The translations under genes and the position numbers were made by a program. From the NCBI GenBank assembly GCA_950097015.1, contig CATNEN010000025.1, positions 744,001-808,000 on the forward strand: a stretch of DNA of 64,000 nt, written 5' to 3'. The stretch comes from Macrostomum hystrix. Lineage: Eukaryota; Animalia; Platyhelminthes. Positions 14,035 to 24,895 of this stretch are shown here, piece after piece (position 1 is the first letter of the stretch; each line of letters begins with the position of its first letter). A model generated the notes under the pieces. The model saw only the letters and a list, made by a program, of their open reading frames with translations, was not told where the DNA came from and did no database searches.

Positions 14035-14820
14035 TTTCTATCAAATGCCCATTCTCCCTGCTATCAAATCCCCATTCTCCCTAATATCAAATCCCCATTC
14101 TCCCTACTATCAAATCCCCATTCTCCCTGCTATCAAATCCCCATTCTCCCTACTATCAAATCCCAATTCTCCCTGCTATCAAATCCCATTCTCCCTGCTA
14201 TCAAATCCCCATTCTCCCTACTATCAAATCCCCATTCTCCCTACTATCAAATCCCCATTCTCCCTGCTATCAAATCCCCATTCTCCCTAATATCAAATCC
14301 CCATTCTCCCTACTTCCAAATCCCCATTCTCCCTACTATCAAATCCCCATTCTCCCTACTATCAAATCCTCATTCTCCCTACTATCAAATCCCCATTCTC
14401 CCTACTATCAAATCCCCATTCTCCCTACTATCAAATCCCCATTCTCCCTACTTCCAAATCCCCATTCTCCCTACTTCCAAATCCCCATTCTCCCTACTAT
14501 CAAATCCCCATTCTCCCTGCTATCAAATCCCCATTCTCCCTACTTCCAAATCCCCATTCTCCCTACTATCAAATCCCCATTCTCCCTACTATCAAATCCC
14601 CATTCTCCCTACTATCAAATCCCCATTCTCCCTACTATCAAATCCCCATTCTCCCTACTTCCAAATCCCCATTCTCCCTACTTCCAAATCCCCATTCTCC
14701 CTACTATCAAATCCCCATTCTCCCTACTATCAAATCCCCATTCTCCCTAATATCAAATCCCCATTCTCCCTACTATCAAATACCTATTCTTCCTACTATC
14801 AAATCCCCATTCTTCCTTTT
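14035..14820. repeat. 23-bp minisatellite (ATCAAATCCCCATTCTCCCTACT)n
   Basis: AAATCC recurs at 14341 and 14364; shares the CCCATTCTCC core with the 20-bp satellite. Confidence 0.96.
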
Positions 14821-15399
14821 TCTATTTCCAATTCTTCCCATGCAAGTTTAATCCGAATATTAATAATCCTTTTCAATTTAAATCCGCACGTTTTTAAGCC
14901 AAAAGCTAGATTTCCGACTTACTAAAAAACCACTTTTTTACATGTAGGTCCAATAATTGTAAATTGTAAATTGAATGACAAAGCTATGCTAATAAGCATT
15001 TTTAATGTCCTGTAACATCTTGGAATTGAGTTGCCAATGCACGCAGGAATATTAAGCTCGGCTGTGTTATTTCCAGATGTAGGAAGATATGAAGGTGGGT
15101 TGGAAATTATAAGCTATAATTGATCAGTGGGATCAAATTGGGATCTAAGGAGTAGGGGAGGCGGCAGTAATTTATAGTATAAACCACACAGCAGTTCAGA
15201 TCACATGCTGGCTTAGCCAACGAGTTGCATAAGCCGCATTTGTCTTCTATAGGATATTAAAGCATAGCTTCAGGCTAACCAAATTCCCTTGCCCCAAATG
15301 TAACAACAGCACAGCGGCAGAGTTGAAAATGATGTGACAGGCCGCCTCCTTTGGCTAGGCGCTCATTTTATTCATTTTATTATTTTCCCCCTCAGTCTG

Positions 15400-15760
15400 C
15401 CACATTCCGGTTAAGAAGATCCCATGGATTGGTTTAGGCGCCATCCAGCTTGCGCAAGCCTCTTGTGCAAGATGTGTGTGTTGGTGAGAAGGCAGTGGGC
15501 CGTGTGTGTCTGGCTGCCCTCTCGCTTCTATTGGAAACTTGCATGTGGGTGTGGGGGGCCCTGTGGTGGAGGGCGCGCTGGCCTCGAGGGGGGTCTTCGC
15601 GGCGGCGGAGGCGGGTTTTGGGGTGGCTGGGGCAGCCGCAGGTCTGCCATTGGCTGTGAGAGTGGAAGGGCGCCTGACGCGCTTTCCAAAATCGGTTGCA
15701 CTCCCACCCCACGCCAACCCCTCAGATCGAGCGCGCGTTTAGCCAAGGGCTATTAAAGTG
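15400..15760 (+). promoter_or_regulatory. Probable GC-rich promoter of the 15907 ORF: reverse CCAAT boxes, GC boxes and a TATA-like TATTAAA
   Basis: ATTGG near 15428, 15530 and 15649; GGCGGAGGCGGG at 15604; TATTAAA near 15751; ATG at 15907. Motif-based inference only. Confidence 0.4.
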
Positions 15761-15906
15761 TGCGCAAGAGTTTATTCAGGCCCAACGTTGCAGTAATAGG
15801 TTATAGAATAAGAATTGAAATTAGGCCTAGTTTGCGAATACAACAGGAGGCCACGCTCTAGCACAGGTCCATTCGTTGAGCACACCCCGGAGCACTTTTA
15901 TTAGCC

Positions 15907-16608
15907 ATGCCACGAGAGTCAGCCGCTAGTCCGTTTGAACAGTTTCTCAAGGCCGAGTCCGGCCTCATCCAGCGACTTGGCGGAGACGCGGACGACAGAA
16001 TCTTTGAGCTGAGCACCTGGGAGGCAGCCGACCGCGACCTTCTGGGCCTGTTCCCCGCCATCTCCAGCGCCCTGTCCGTGCTGGGAGACGAGCCCGCTCG
16101 GCTGCCGCTGCGGCTGGAGGCCGCCTCCACTCCGGACGAAACTCGGCAGTCGTCGCCCTGCTCGCTGACCGGCAGCTCCTCGGCCTCGGAGTCGTCGGCC
16201 TGCAGCTCGGCGGCTTCGTCTCGCAGCTCGGCGGGCCGCCGGTCGCCGACCGTCCAAAGCCAGACGGCCCGCTGGTGCCGACCCGGCCTGAAGGACCTTC
16301 AGCTGCTCGTCAGCAGGGAGGACGTGGCCAGCATCCCCAGGGCCTCCTCCATCGAGGAGGTGCTGGCGCTGCTCAGCAAGGATGACGTCATCGCCGTGCC
16401 CACCCACCACGGCGGCGTCATCCTGTACGAGGTGACCTACCTGGACGACCTGGCGACTCAGCAGCCGCCGACCGTCATCCCGCCGAGTCCGGACGATCCA
16501 GCGACTCAACTGAGCCCGGAGGTGTTCAATCTGTTCCTGCAGAACGAGGAGCTGCTGGGCAAGTACCAGGAATCGGTTCTGGCCCTCCAGCCCGGCCTGA
16601 TGTGCTAG
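15907..16608 (+). CDS. Intronless 233-aa hypothetical protein with a Ser-rich middle and a possible CBS-like C-terminal segment
   Basis: GCC-ATG context; very high GC at third codon positions against AT-rich flanks; non-repetitive protein; stop-free antisense frame typical of high-GC3 coding DNA. No family recognised. Confidence 0.75.
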   Translation: MPRESAASPFEQFLKAESGLIQRLGGDADDRIFELSTWEAADRDLLGLFPAISSALSVLGDEPARLPLRLEAASTPDETRQSSPCSLTGSSSASESSACSSAASSRSSAGRRSPTVQSQTARWCRPGLKDLQLLVSREDVASIPRASSIEEVLALLSKDDVIAVPTHHGGVILYEVTYLDDLATQQPPTVIPPSPDDPATQLSPEVFNLFLQNEELLGKYQESVLALQPGLMC

Positions 16609-17529
16609 GGCCCGCATTTCCTTTTTTGACACCTGTTCACTGTTTTACCTAGAATTGCACTTGCTTAGCAACCGAAAGCGACAAACAACCTGAAAGCAAA
16701 AAAAGATTTTAGACAAGCATCAGTTAGTAGTGAATAGAGTAGCTTCAACTCTATAAAGTGCAATGTTTATTGTGTCACATTTTTGTTTAAATCCAATTCT
16801 TTGTTATCATTGTTAAGAAAGCAATTATTCGTGGTTGATTTGTTTTTTCTCACAGTTCTTTGTGCATTGTTTTGTTAGGTTATTCGGTAGGGCAAGTTCA
16901 AAATAACTAAGAACCTTTCAGATGGCACACTCCTACAACTCTTAACCTCGCACTATTAAGTTTGCTTAAATGCTCCACTGTTTTGCAACAATTTCACTAT
17001 AAAAGAGTGAACAATTTTGTACTTTCACAAATAGTTTTTTTGTTTGAACAGTTTTACTTTTAATTGTATATTTTATTCACTGCAAGCATATGAAGCACTC
17101 GCAGTTTTACTAGTAGTAATATCTATCTATTTTTCTCCTTCAATTCAAACTGCCTTAAATCTAGTACGTTACTAGAGCATATAATTATTTATAACATCTG
17201 CACGTGTAATTTTTTATTATTTTTTTCCTGTGTTTTCCTGTTTTTTACTGTTTTAGCGTTTTAGCTGCTGTTTCAATTTGTTTACAAAACTATGCACTCA
17301 TTCTGCAATGCTGCGTAAAGTAATCTAAAGTCTTTGTATTCCTCAACTGTCTTTGTAACTCGTTGCTTTCTCTGCGTATTGCTAAGGTCTTTGTGCTAAA
17401 GTTGTAAATTGAAACAATTTAATATTACCGGTCATCTAATAATAATTTTAAAAGCAGTCAATGCTTTGTATTCAGTTTGATTTCGATTGAACCAAGTCAA
17501 AAGGCCTTAAAAATTTGCTTCAGCACCAA

Positions 17530-18102
17530 ACCAACCAGTACAGTGGGGTAGACAGGTAAATATGTGCCAGTGAAGTGGAGTAGACAGAGGTAAATAGGTA
17601 CCAGTGAAGTGGAGTAGACTGTGAGGTAAATAGGTACCAGTGTAGTGGAGTAGACTGTGAGGTAAATAGGTACAAGTGCAGTGCTGGAGTAGACTGTGAG
17701 GTAAATAGCTACCAGTGCAGTGGAGTAGACTGTGAGGTAGATAGGTACCACTACAGTGGAGTAGACTGAGATAAATAGGTGCCAGTGCAGTGCAGGAGTA
17801 GACTGTGAGGTAGATAGGTACCACTACAGTGGAGTAGACTGAGATTAATAGGTGCCTGTGCAGTGCAGGAGTAGACTGTGAGGTAGATAGGTACCACTAC
17901 AGTGGAGTAGACTGAGATTAATAGGTGCCAGTGCAGTGCAGGAGTAGACTGTGAGGTAGATAGGTACCACTACAGTGGAGTAGACTGAGATTAATAGGTG
18001 CCAGTGCAGTGCAGGAGTAGACTGTTAGGTAGATAGGTACCACTACAGTGGAGTAGACTGAGATAAATAGGTGCCAGTGCAGTGGAGTAGACTGTGAGGT
18101 AA
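17530..18102. repeat. About 36-bp minisatellite with alternating A/B units (GAGTAGACTGTGAGGTAGATAGGTACCACTACAGTG / GAGTAGACTGAGATTAATAGGTGCCAGTGCAGTGCAG)
   Basis: Read directly; the heterodimer repeats several times in 17690-18100. Confidence 0.92.
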
Positions 18103-19101
18103 GGCTGCAGAGTGTGTGAATGCTGTTAGAGTAGGCTGGTAGATACCAGTGAACTCAGCAAAGCAGCTTTTTATATGCTTGAAGCAGCTATCTCAATGTA
18201 GTTAAATGAAACAGAGGGCATTTCTAAGCCTAGCAATGCACAAGTCATATAAAAAGACACACAGAAGAAGACAAGAAATCTAAAGATCACGGACGATCTG
18301 AAGCGGGTCCAGCTGACTGACGAGGAAGTCAAGCCTTCAAGATGGCTTGCGCAATCGGGGTTGGGGGTCTTAAGGTGAGGGGGGAAATTTCTCCCCTCAA
18401 TGGGTGCTTTTTTGCGCTTCGCTTTCGGGCCGGGAAATTTTCGAGGGGCTTTTTTCCGGTTTGAAGCGCATTCGGCCACGCCCCGGTGACTCTCTGTGTG
18501 GCTGTCCCGTCTATACGGGTCTCCGGCCCATCGGTTGCGCCACCAACCCAAAGGAGGATTCCGCGACTGGGGAAATCGAGATAAGGGGAGACGGTGCGGT
18601 GGGTGGGACGCAACCGGGGATTGTTTTTCATTGCAAGCGGACATCTTTTACTTTACCTTTACTTTTTTCCTCGGCCGCCTATTAGACTGCAGTGAGGGTG
18701 GAGTCTGCCTCGGGGAGGCTCTCGTGATGTTGAGAACTCGATCTTAATACCACAATGGGATTTCAATAGTAGAATGGGATTCGAAGTCTCCTCCCACCCT
18801 CAATTTTCAAATAGACGTATTAGGGATAAATTTGGTGTTTAGGCGTGTGCGTGAACTAGGGAAATTTATCCCCATAAGAATGGGATGTTGCAACTGAGGA
18901 AGAGGGCCACGGCTGGTTGCTTCTGAGAAGCTGGTGGCTGGTAAACCTGTCATTAGGGGAAGCCAGTTTTTCACGGGTGTGGAGCTACTTTGGCTTCTGC
19001 GGTCTCCGGGTGGCTGGCCTGGGTTTTGTCAATGCTTGCGTTTTTTGGCTAGAAAAATGGCTCAGCTGTGACCTCCGGCTAAAGTGAGCAGGGACATTGC
19101 G

Positions 19102-20050
19102 GAGTGAGTGAGTGAGTGAGTGAGTGAGTGAGTGAGTGCGTGCGTGAGTGAGTTCGTGAGTGAGTGAGTGAGTGAGTGAGTGAGTGAGTGCGTGCGTGAG
19201 TGAGTGAGTGAGTGAGTGAGTGAGTGAGTGAGTGAGTGAGTGAGTGAGTGAGTGAGTGAGTGAGTGAGTGAGTAAGTGAGTGAGTGAGTGAGTGAGTGAG
19301 TGAGTGAGTGAGTGAGTGAGTGAGTGAGTAAGTGAGTAAGTGAGTATGTGAGTGAGTGAGTAAGTGGGTGAGTGAGTTAGTCATTGAGTCAGTGAGTGAG
19401 TGAGTGAGTGAATAAGTGGGTGAGTGAGTAAGTGAGTAAGTAAGTGAGTGAGTGAGTGAGTGAGTGAGTGAGTGAGTGAGTGAGTGAGTGAGTGAGTGAG
19501 TGAGTGAGTGAGTAAGTGGGTGAGTGAGTAAGTGATTAAGTGAGTGAGTGAGTAAGTGAGTGGGTGAGTGAGTGAGTGAGTGAGTGAGTGAGTGAGTGAG
19601 TGAGTGAGTGCGTGCGTGAGTGAGTTCGTGAGTGAGTGAGTGAGTGAGTGAGTGAGTGAGTGCGTGCGTGAGTGAGTGAGTAAGTGAGTGAGTGAGTGAT
19701 TGAGTGAGTGAGTGAGTGAGTGAGTGAGTGAGTGAGTGAGTAAGTGAGTGAGTGAGTGAGTGAGTGAGTGAGTGAGTGAGTGAGTGAGTAAGTGAGTAAG
19801 TGAGTATGTGAGTGAGTGAGTAAGTGGGTGAGTGAGTTAGTCATTGAGTCAGTGAGTGAGTGAGTGAGTGAATAAGTGGGTGAGTGAGTAAGTGAGTAAG
19901 TGAGTGAGTGAGTGAGTGAGTGAGTGAGTGAGTGAGTGAGTGAGTGAGTGAGTGAGTGAGTGAGTGAGTAAGTGGGTGAGTGAGTAAGTGAGTAAGTGAG
20001 TGAGTGAGTAAGTGAGTGGGTGAGTGAGTGAGTGAGTGAGTGAGTGAATG
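19102..20050. repeat. (GTGA)n microsatellite containing an internal duplication of about 460-470 bp
   Basis: Marker TAGTCATTGAGTCAG at about 19378 and 19838; GCGTGCGTGAGTGAGTTCG at about 19138 and 19608. Confidence 0.97.
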
Positions 20051-21199
20051 AATACGCCGAAAATTAAACAACTGGAGTCATGAATCAATCAGTTCATCAA
20101 AGAGTTCATGTGTAAGTGAATGAAAAGCGACATAGTGATTGAGTGAGGTAGGCCCATGCGGTATTGAAATTGCATTAAATGACACAATGCGTCACAAACC
20201 GTAGTTCGCTGTTGGCTCCACTTGTCAGAATTTTTTACTGACAGAATTAAATTATCAACTATGAATGAAATAATTGAACTGATAAAGATGATGAATAGAT
20301 ACATCGCCAAATTTGCATGACTAAACAATGTGCGGGCTTAGAAAAGTAATTGGACACCGCCAGATAAGGAAAATGTGCAAAATATGCTAATCTTAATGTC
20401 AGTTAAAATCAGTCTACATCATATGGCTAATGATGTCCAAATGATTCATATATATATATATATATACAGATGAAGCATGTGGCACTCGCCAATGTTTGAG
20501 ATCAATCTCAAATCTATCCAGTCATGCAAAATGTGAATTTAAGCCTCTCAAATTGAGCACAAATTTTTCTAAAAGCCTCGCCTCGAGTTCCAGCCCGGAT
20601 ACCGCGATAGGTGCATGATGAGGGATGTGCTCAGTGTGCTCAGACGCGCAATCTGTCTCCAAAATCTCCAAAATTTTTCCCATCCGCGCAGCCAGGTGTG
20701 CTAATTTTGTGGGCAAAAAATCCCAGAGTCAAACCCCTGCGGAATGCATGTTAATATAACCCATTGTCCCTAATAAACAGAACAATAGAAGTCTTCAAGA
20801 TTTTTAAGGTACAAAAGAGTTCCTATAGTCAATTGTGTCTGTCTTAAGCTCCTCAAGGCATTCAAGGGTCACGATAAAGTCACTTATATAGTGAGCAATC
20901 ACGCCCTCCACCTGTGAATGATGACGGAACGGCTGAGAAAGAAAGCAGAGATTTATTTGACAGATTGACTGATAAGAAAACAAGATCCGACTATAGTCAT
21001 GTTGAATGAAATACATATTGTTATTCATACGCGTGTGCCCGTCTGAAAACCACATTCATTTATTCATGTATTTATTTGTATACACACTATTTGAACAAAC
21101 ACGGAACATAATAGATACAACACATCACGCAGTAACTTTTTTATTTTAAACCCACCCATTCTTTTTTTAGTACCATCAAATAAACAAATGATAAAAATA

Positions 21200-21475
21200 C
21201 GTCTCAACTCACTCCTGTCTCATCTCTCCCGTCTCATCTCCCCTGTGTCGCATCTCTCCCTGTCTCATCTCTCCCTTGTCTCATCTCTCCCGTCTCATCT
21301 CTCCCCCGTGTCTCATCTCTCCCCTGTGTCTCATCTCTCCCCTGTCTCATCTCTCCCCTGTCTCATCTCTCCCCTGTCTCATCTCTCCCCTGTCTCATCT
21401 CTCCCCTGTGTCTCATCTCTCCCCTGTCTCATATCTCCCCTGTCTCTTCTCTCCCCCGTCTCATCTCTATGCTGT
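21200..21475. repeat. 16-bp array (TCTCATCTCTCCCCTG)n, same family as the 12.5-13.2 kb array
   Basis: Read directly. Confidence 0.9.
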
Positions 21476-22289
21476 CTCAAACTTCCCTATCTTATTTTTT
21501 CTATGTCCTATCTTTCCACTGTCCGAGCTCAGTATCCTGTCGCATCCTTCCCCACTTTTTAATCTCTCTCGTGTTTCATTTTTCTAATGCCTCATCTCCA
21601 GTCATTTCCGCCCACTGTCTACTATAAGATTCTCTCAGTGTCCCGTCGGGCATAATCAGCGTTATATTTTATGATCTTTGTAGATCGTTAAGTTAAGTAA
21701 TATACCGTGTGCACACACACTGGTTGGCATGGTTACTAACATTAGACTCATACTATTTTGTTTTAGGAGTATAAATTAACCAGAATTGCGCAATCACAGG
21801 ACAGCAATTCACTCAGATTTTGTTTCGATATTTTTCTTCCATCGAGTGTTTAGTTATAGTTTGACTATTTCGATTAAAATGCCTTGACAACAGGAAAAAA
21901 TAGACAGTGAAAGTGTCATCATTTAAAGTTACTTGAAAGGCCAGAGAAGTAACACTTCAGGGAAGTATCTGAATTTTGGCCTTGGCTTTGGCTTTCTAGT
22001 TGGCCTTAGGATTCATAATTTGGGTCTATGGATAGGGTTCTGTTTGAATTTGCAAAAGCCAATGCGCAAGAACCACTTATGCATAAGACTTGTTGCTACG
22101 ACAAACTGGGTATTTTACGAGTAGAATGCAAACATCACCCTGATAAAAAAATATATTTTGCATGGGAGAGGCCAAGAAACCTACCTGAAATGATAAAATC
22201 ACATCAAAGAGATATTTGTGGACAACAGATTATGTTTGACTAAATATTTTCTGTCGACCATAAAGAAAATGTGCCTATTTATAAAGCTC

Positions 22290-22556
22290 TCTCCCTCTCC
22301 ATCAATCTCTGTCTCTCCATCAATCTCTGTCTCCTTCAATCTCTGTCTCTCCATCAATCTCTGTCTCCATCAATCTCTGTCTCCTTCAATCTCTGTCTCT
22401 CCATCAATCTCTGTCTCTCCATCAATCTCTGTCTCCTTCAATCTCTGTCTCTCCATCAATCTCTGTCTCCATCAATCTCTGTCTCCATCAATCTCTGTCT
22501 CCATCAATCTCTGTCTCCATCAATCTCTGTCTCCATCAATCTCTGTCTCCATCAAT
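22290..22556. repeat. 16/18-bp array (CCATCAATCTCTGTCT[CT])n
   Basis: Read directly; same family as 23700-24746. Confidence 0.92.
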
Positions 22557-22645
22557 CTTCATGTACTACATTCCCGTAGTTCAGTGCTTCATGTACTACA
22601 TTCCCGTAGTTCAGTGCTTCATGTACTACATTCCCGTAGTTCAGT
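22557..22645. repeat. Three identical 30-bp units CTTCATGTACTACATTCCCGTAGTTCAGTG (third truncated at the last base)
   Basis: Units start at 22557, 22587 and 22617 with no spacers. Confidence 0.95.
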
Positions 22646-23699
22646 ACAAATTGTCAGTTTATATTGAAATAAGATTGCCATTACATAAAGTGAAATTTTG
22701 CGTTTAGGTGAAACGGTTAAACAAAACCAACATGAATCGAACTGTGCAGAAACAGTTTCATCACCAATTATATTTATTGGATTCCAATCTAGTTTAGAAA
22801 GACAGAAATGACAAATTTAATGCAGATACGATTAAAGAATAAAGTTCGTTTGCGTTTGAAATTTCTCCTTATACGAAGTAAAATGTGTCATAGGTGAAAT
22901 ACTGCACGAAAATTATGAAAGTAAAACAGAACGATTATAACGAATTTTGAGGCAACACAATACAAAATGTACAAAATCATTCTTCTCATACTACTTGATT
23001 TATTTGATATTTCAGCAAGTAGTGTATACCACATTTTTCAGATATAAAATACAAGTTGCATCGCTGCATAAAAACTGGATAAAACAATTAGTGTTTAGCA
23101 GAATCAACGAATGCATAGAAAATTACAAAGAAAAATAAACAAATGAGAAGCAATTCTATTTCGTATTCTGTTAGATACTGAGATTAATTTACGAGCTCGT
23201 ACAACATCCACAAATATGACAAGTCCAGTTTTTTTAACCCCGGCTCAATGTATTTGCCACCTCATCTCACCGCTGATTGTGATTGAAAACCAACTTAAAT
23301 AAAATTAAGCTTACAACTAAGAAATTGGAACAAAATCTTTAAACGCAACTTTACTGATCAAAAGTATGTGACTCGCAATGATTTTGCAAAATCACAGTTT
23401 ATATTTTCTGGTAAAGAATAAAAAGAACATTACTTTTTATTGGCAGGGGTCAGTGTTAGAGCGGTTAACACGTTTGTCTCTCTAGCGTTTGTCCCTGAGC
23501 TCGATTCCGCGGCGAGGCCAAATTCATTTGAGGCGTAGTCGCGGAGAGAACGCTTGGGGGCTTGTCGTACAATTTACACCCTTGAGGGCCAAGGCACAGT
23601 GAGTGTACACTGCCTGACGATGAGAAAGTCAGCGCAGATGTACACACCTGTGTGAGTGTGTGCTCAGGAGTCAGCGAAATGGCCAGAACTGCTTCCTCG

Positions 23700-24746
23700 C
23701 CGTCAATCTCTGTCTCTCCATCAATCTCTGTCTCTCCACCAATCTCTGCCTCATCATCAATCTCTGTATCTCCATCAATCTCTGTCTCCATCAATCTCTG
23801 CCTCATCATCAATCTCTGTATCTCCATCAATCTCTGTCTCTCCATCAATCTCTGCCTCATCATCAATCTGTCTCTCATTAATCTCTGTCTCCATCAATCT
23901 CTGTCTCCATCAATCTCTGCCTCATCATCAATCTGTCTCTCATCAATCTCTGTCTCCATCAATCTCTGCCTCATCATCAATCTCTGCCTCATCATCAATC
24001 TCTGTATCTCCATCAATCTCTGTCTCTCCATCAATCTCTGCCTCATCATCAATCTGTCTCTCATTAATCTCTGTCTCCATCAATCTCTGTCTCCATCAAT
24101 CTCTGCCTCATCATCAATCTGTCTCTCATCAATCTCTGTCTCCATCAATCTCTGCCTCATCATCAATCTGTCTCTCATTAATCTCTGTCTCCATCAATCT
24201 CTGTCTCATCATCAATCTGTCTCTCATTAATCTCTGTCTCCATCAATCTCTGTCTCTCCATCAATCTCTGCCTCATCATCAATCTGTCTCTCATTAATCT
24301 CTGTCTCCATCAATCTCTGCCTCTCCATCAATCTCTGCCTCATCATCAATCTCTGCCTCATCATTAATCTCTGTCTCCATCAATCTCTGTCTCAATCAAT
24401 CTCTGCCTCTCCATCAATCTCTGTCTCAATCAATCTCTGCCTCTCCATCAATCTCTGCCTCATCATCAATCTCTGTCTCTCCATCAATCTCAGCCTCTCC
24501 ATCAATCTCTGCCTCATCATCAATCTCTGTCTCAATCAATCTCTGCCTCTCCATCAATCTCTGTCTCAATCAATCTCTGCCTCTCCATCAATCTCTGCCT
24601 CATCATCAATCTCTGTCTCTCCATCAATCTCAGCCTCTCCATCAATCTCTGCCTCATCATCAATCTCTGTCTCTCCATCAATCTCTGTCTCTCCATCAAT
24701 CTCTGTCTCTCCATCAATCTCTGTCTCCATCAATCTCTGCCTCTCC
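23700..24746. repeat. 16-19 bp array (CATCAATCTCTGYCTC[T]C)n
   Basis: Read directly. Confidence 0.94.
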
Positions 24747-24895
24747 AGTAGCCCATTTCTGGCCAAATGTACAGCCTTTCAGTCTGTGGACTGGGGAGGA
24801 CGCCACACCCTCGAATTCTACCCCAACTCGGGAATAAGTGTCGAAACTCAAAGTACTGGGCTACAATATTTGGTTTCATTTTGAAACGGCGCCTT

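Noticed and set aside
15355-15756. Cluster of six overlapping 69-120 aa ORFs
   Set aside because: GC-rich, stop-poor sequence better explained as a promoter; no recognisable domain.
15919-16632. 237-aa antisense ORF overlapping the 233-aa ORF
   Set aside because: Expected shadow of a high-GC3 sense gene; non-ATG start.
20330-20445. Tc1-like TIR fragment AAAAGTAATTGGACACC with a weak inverted TGTCCAAAT
   Set aside because: No TA-CAG terminus and no convincing partner TIR.
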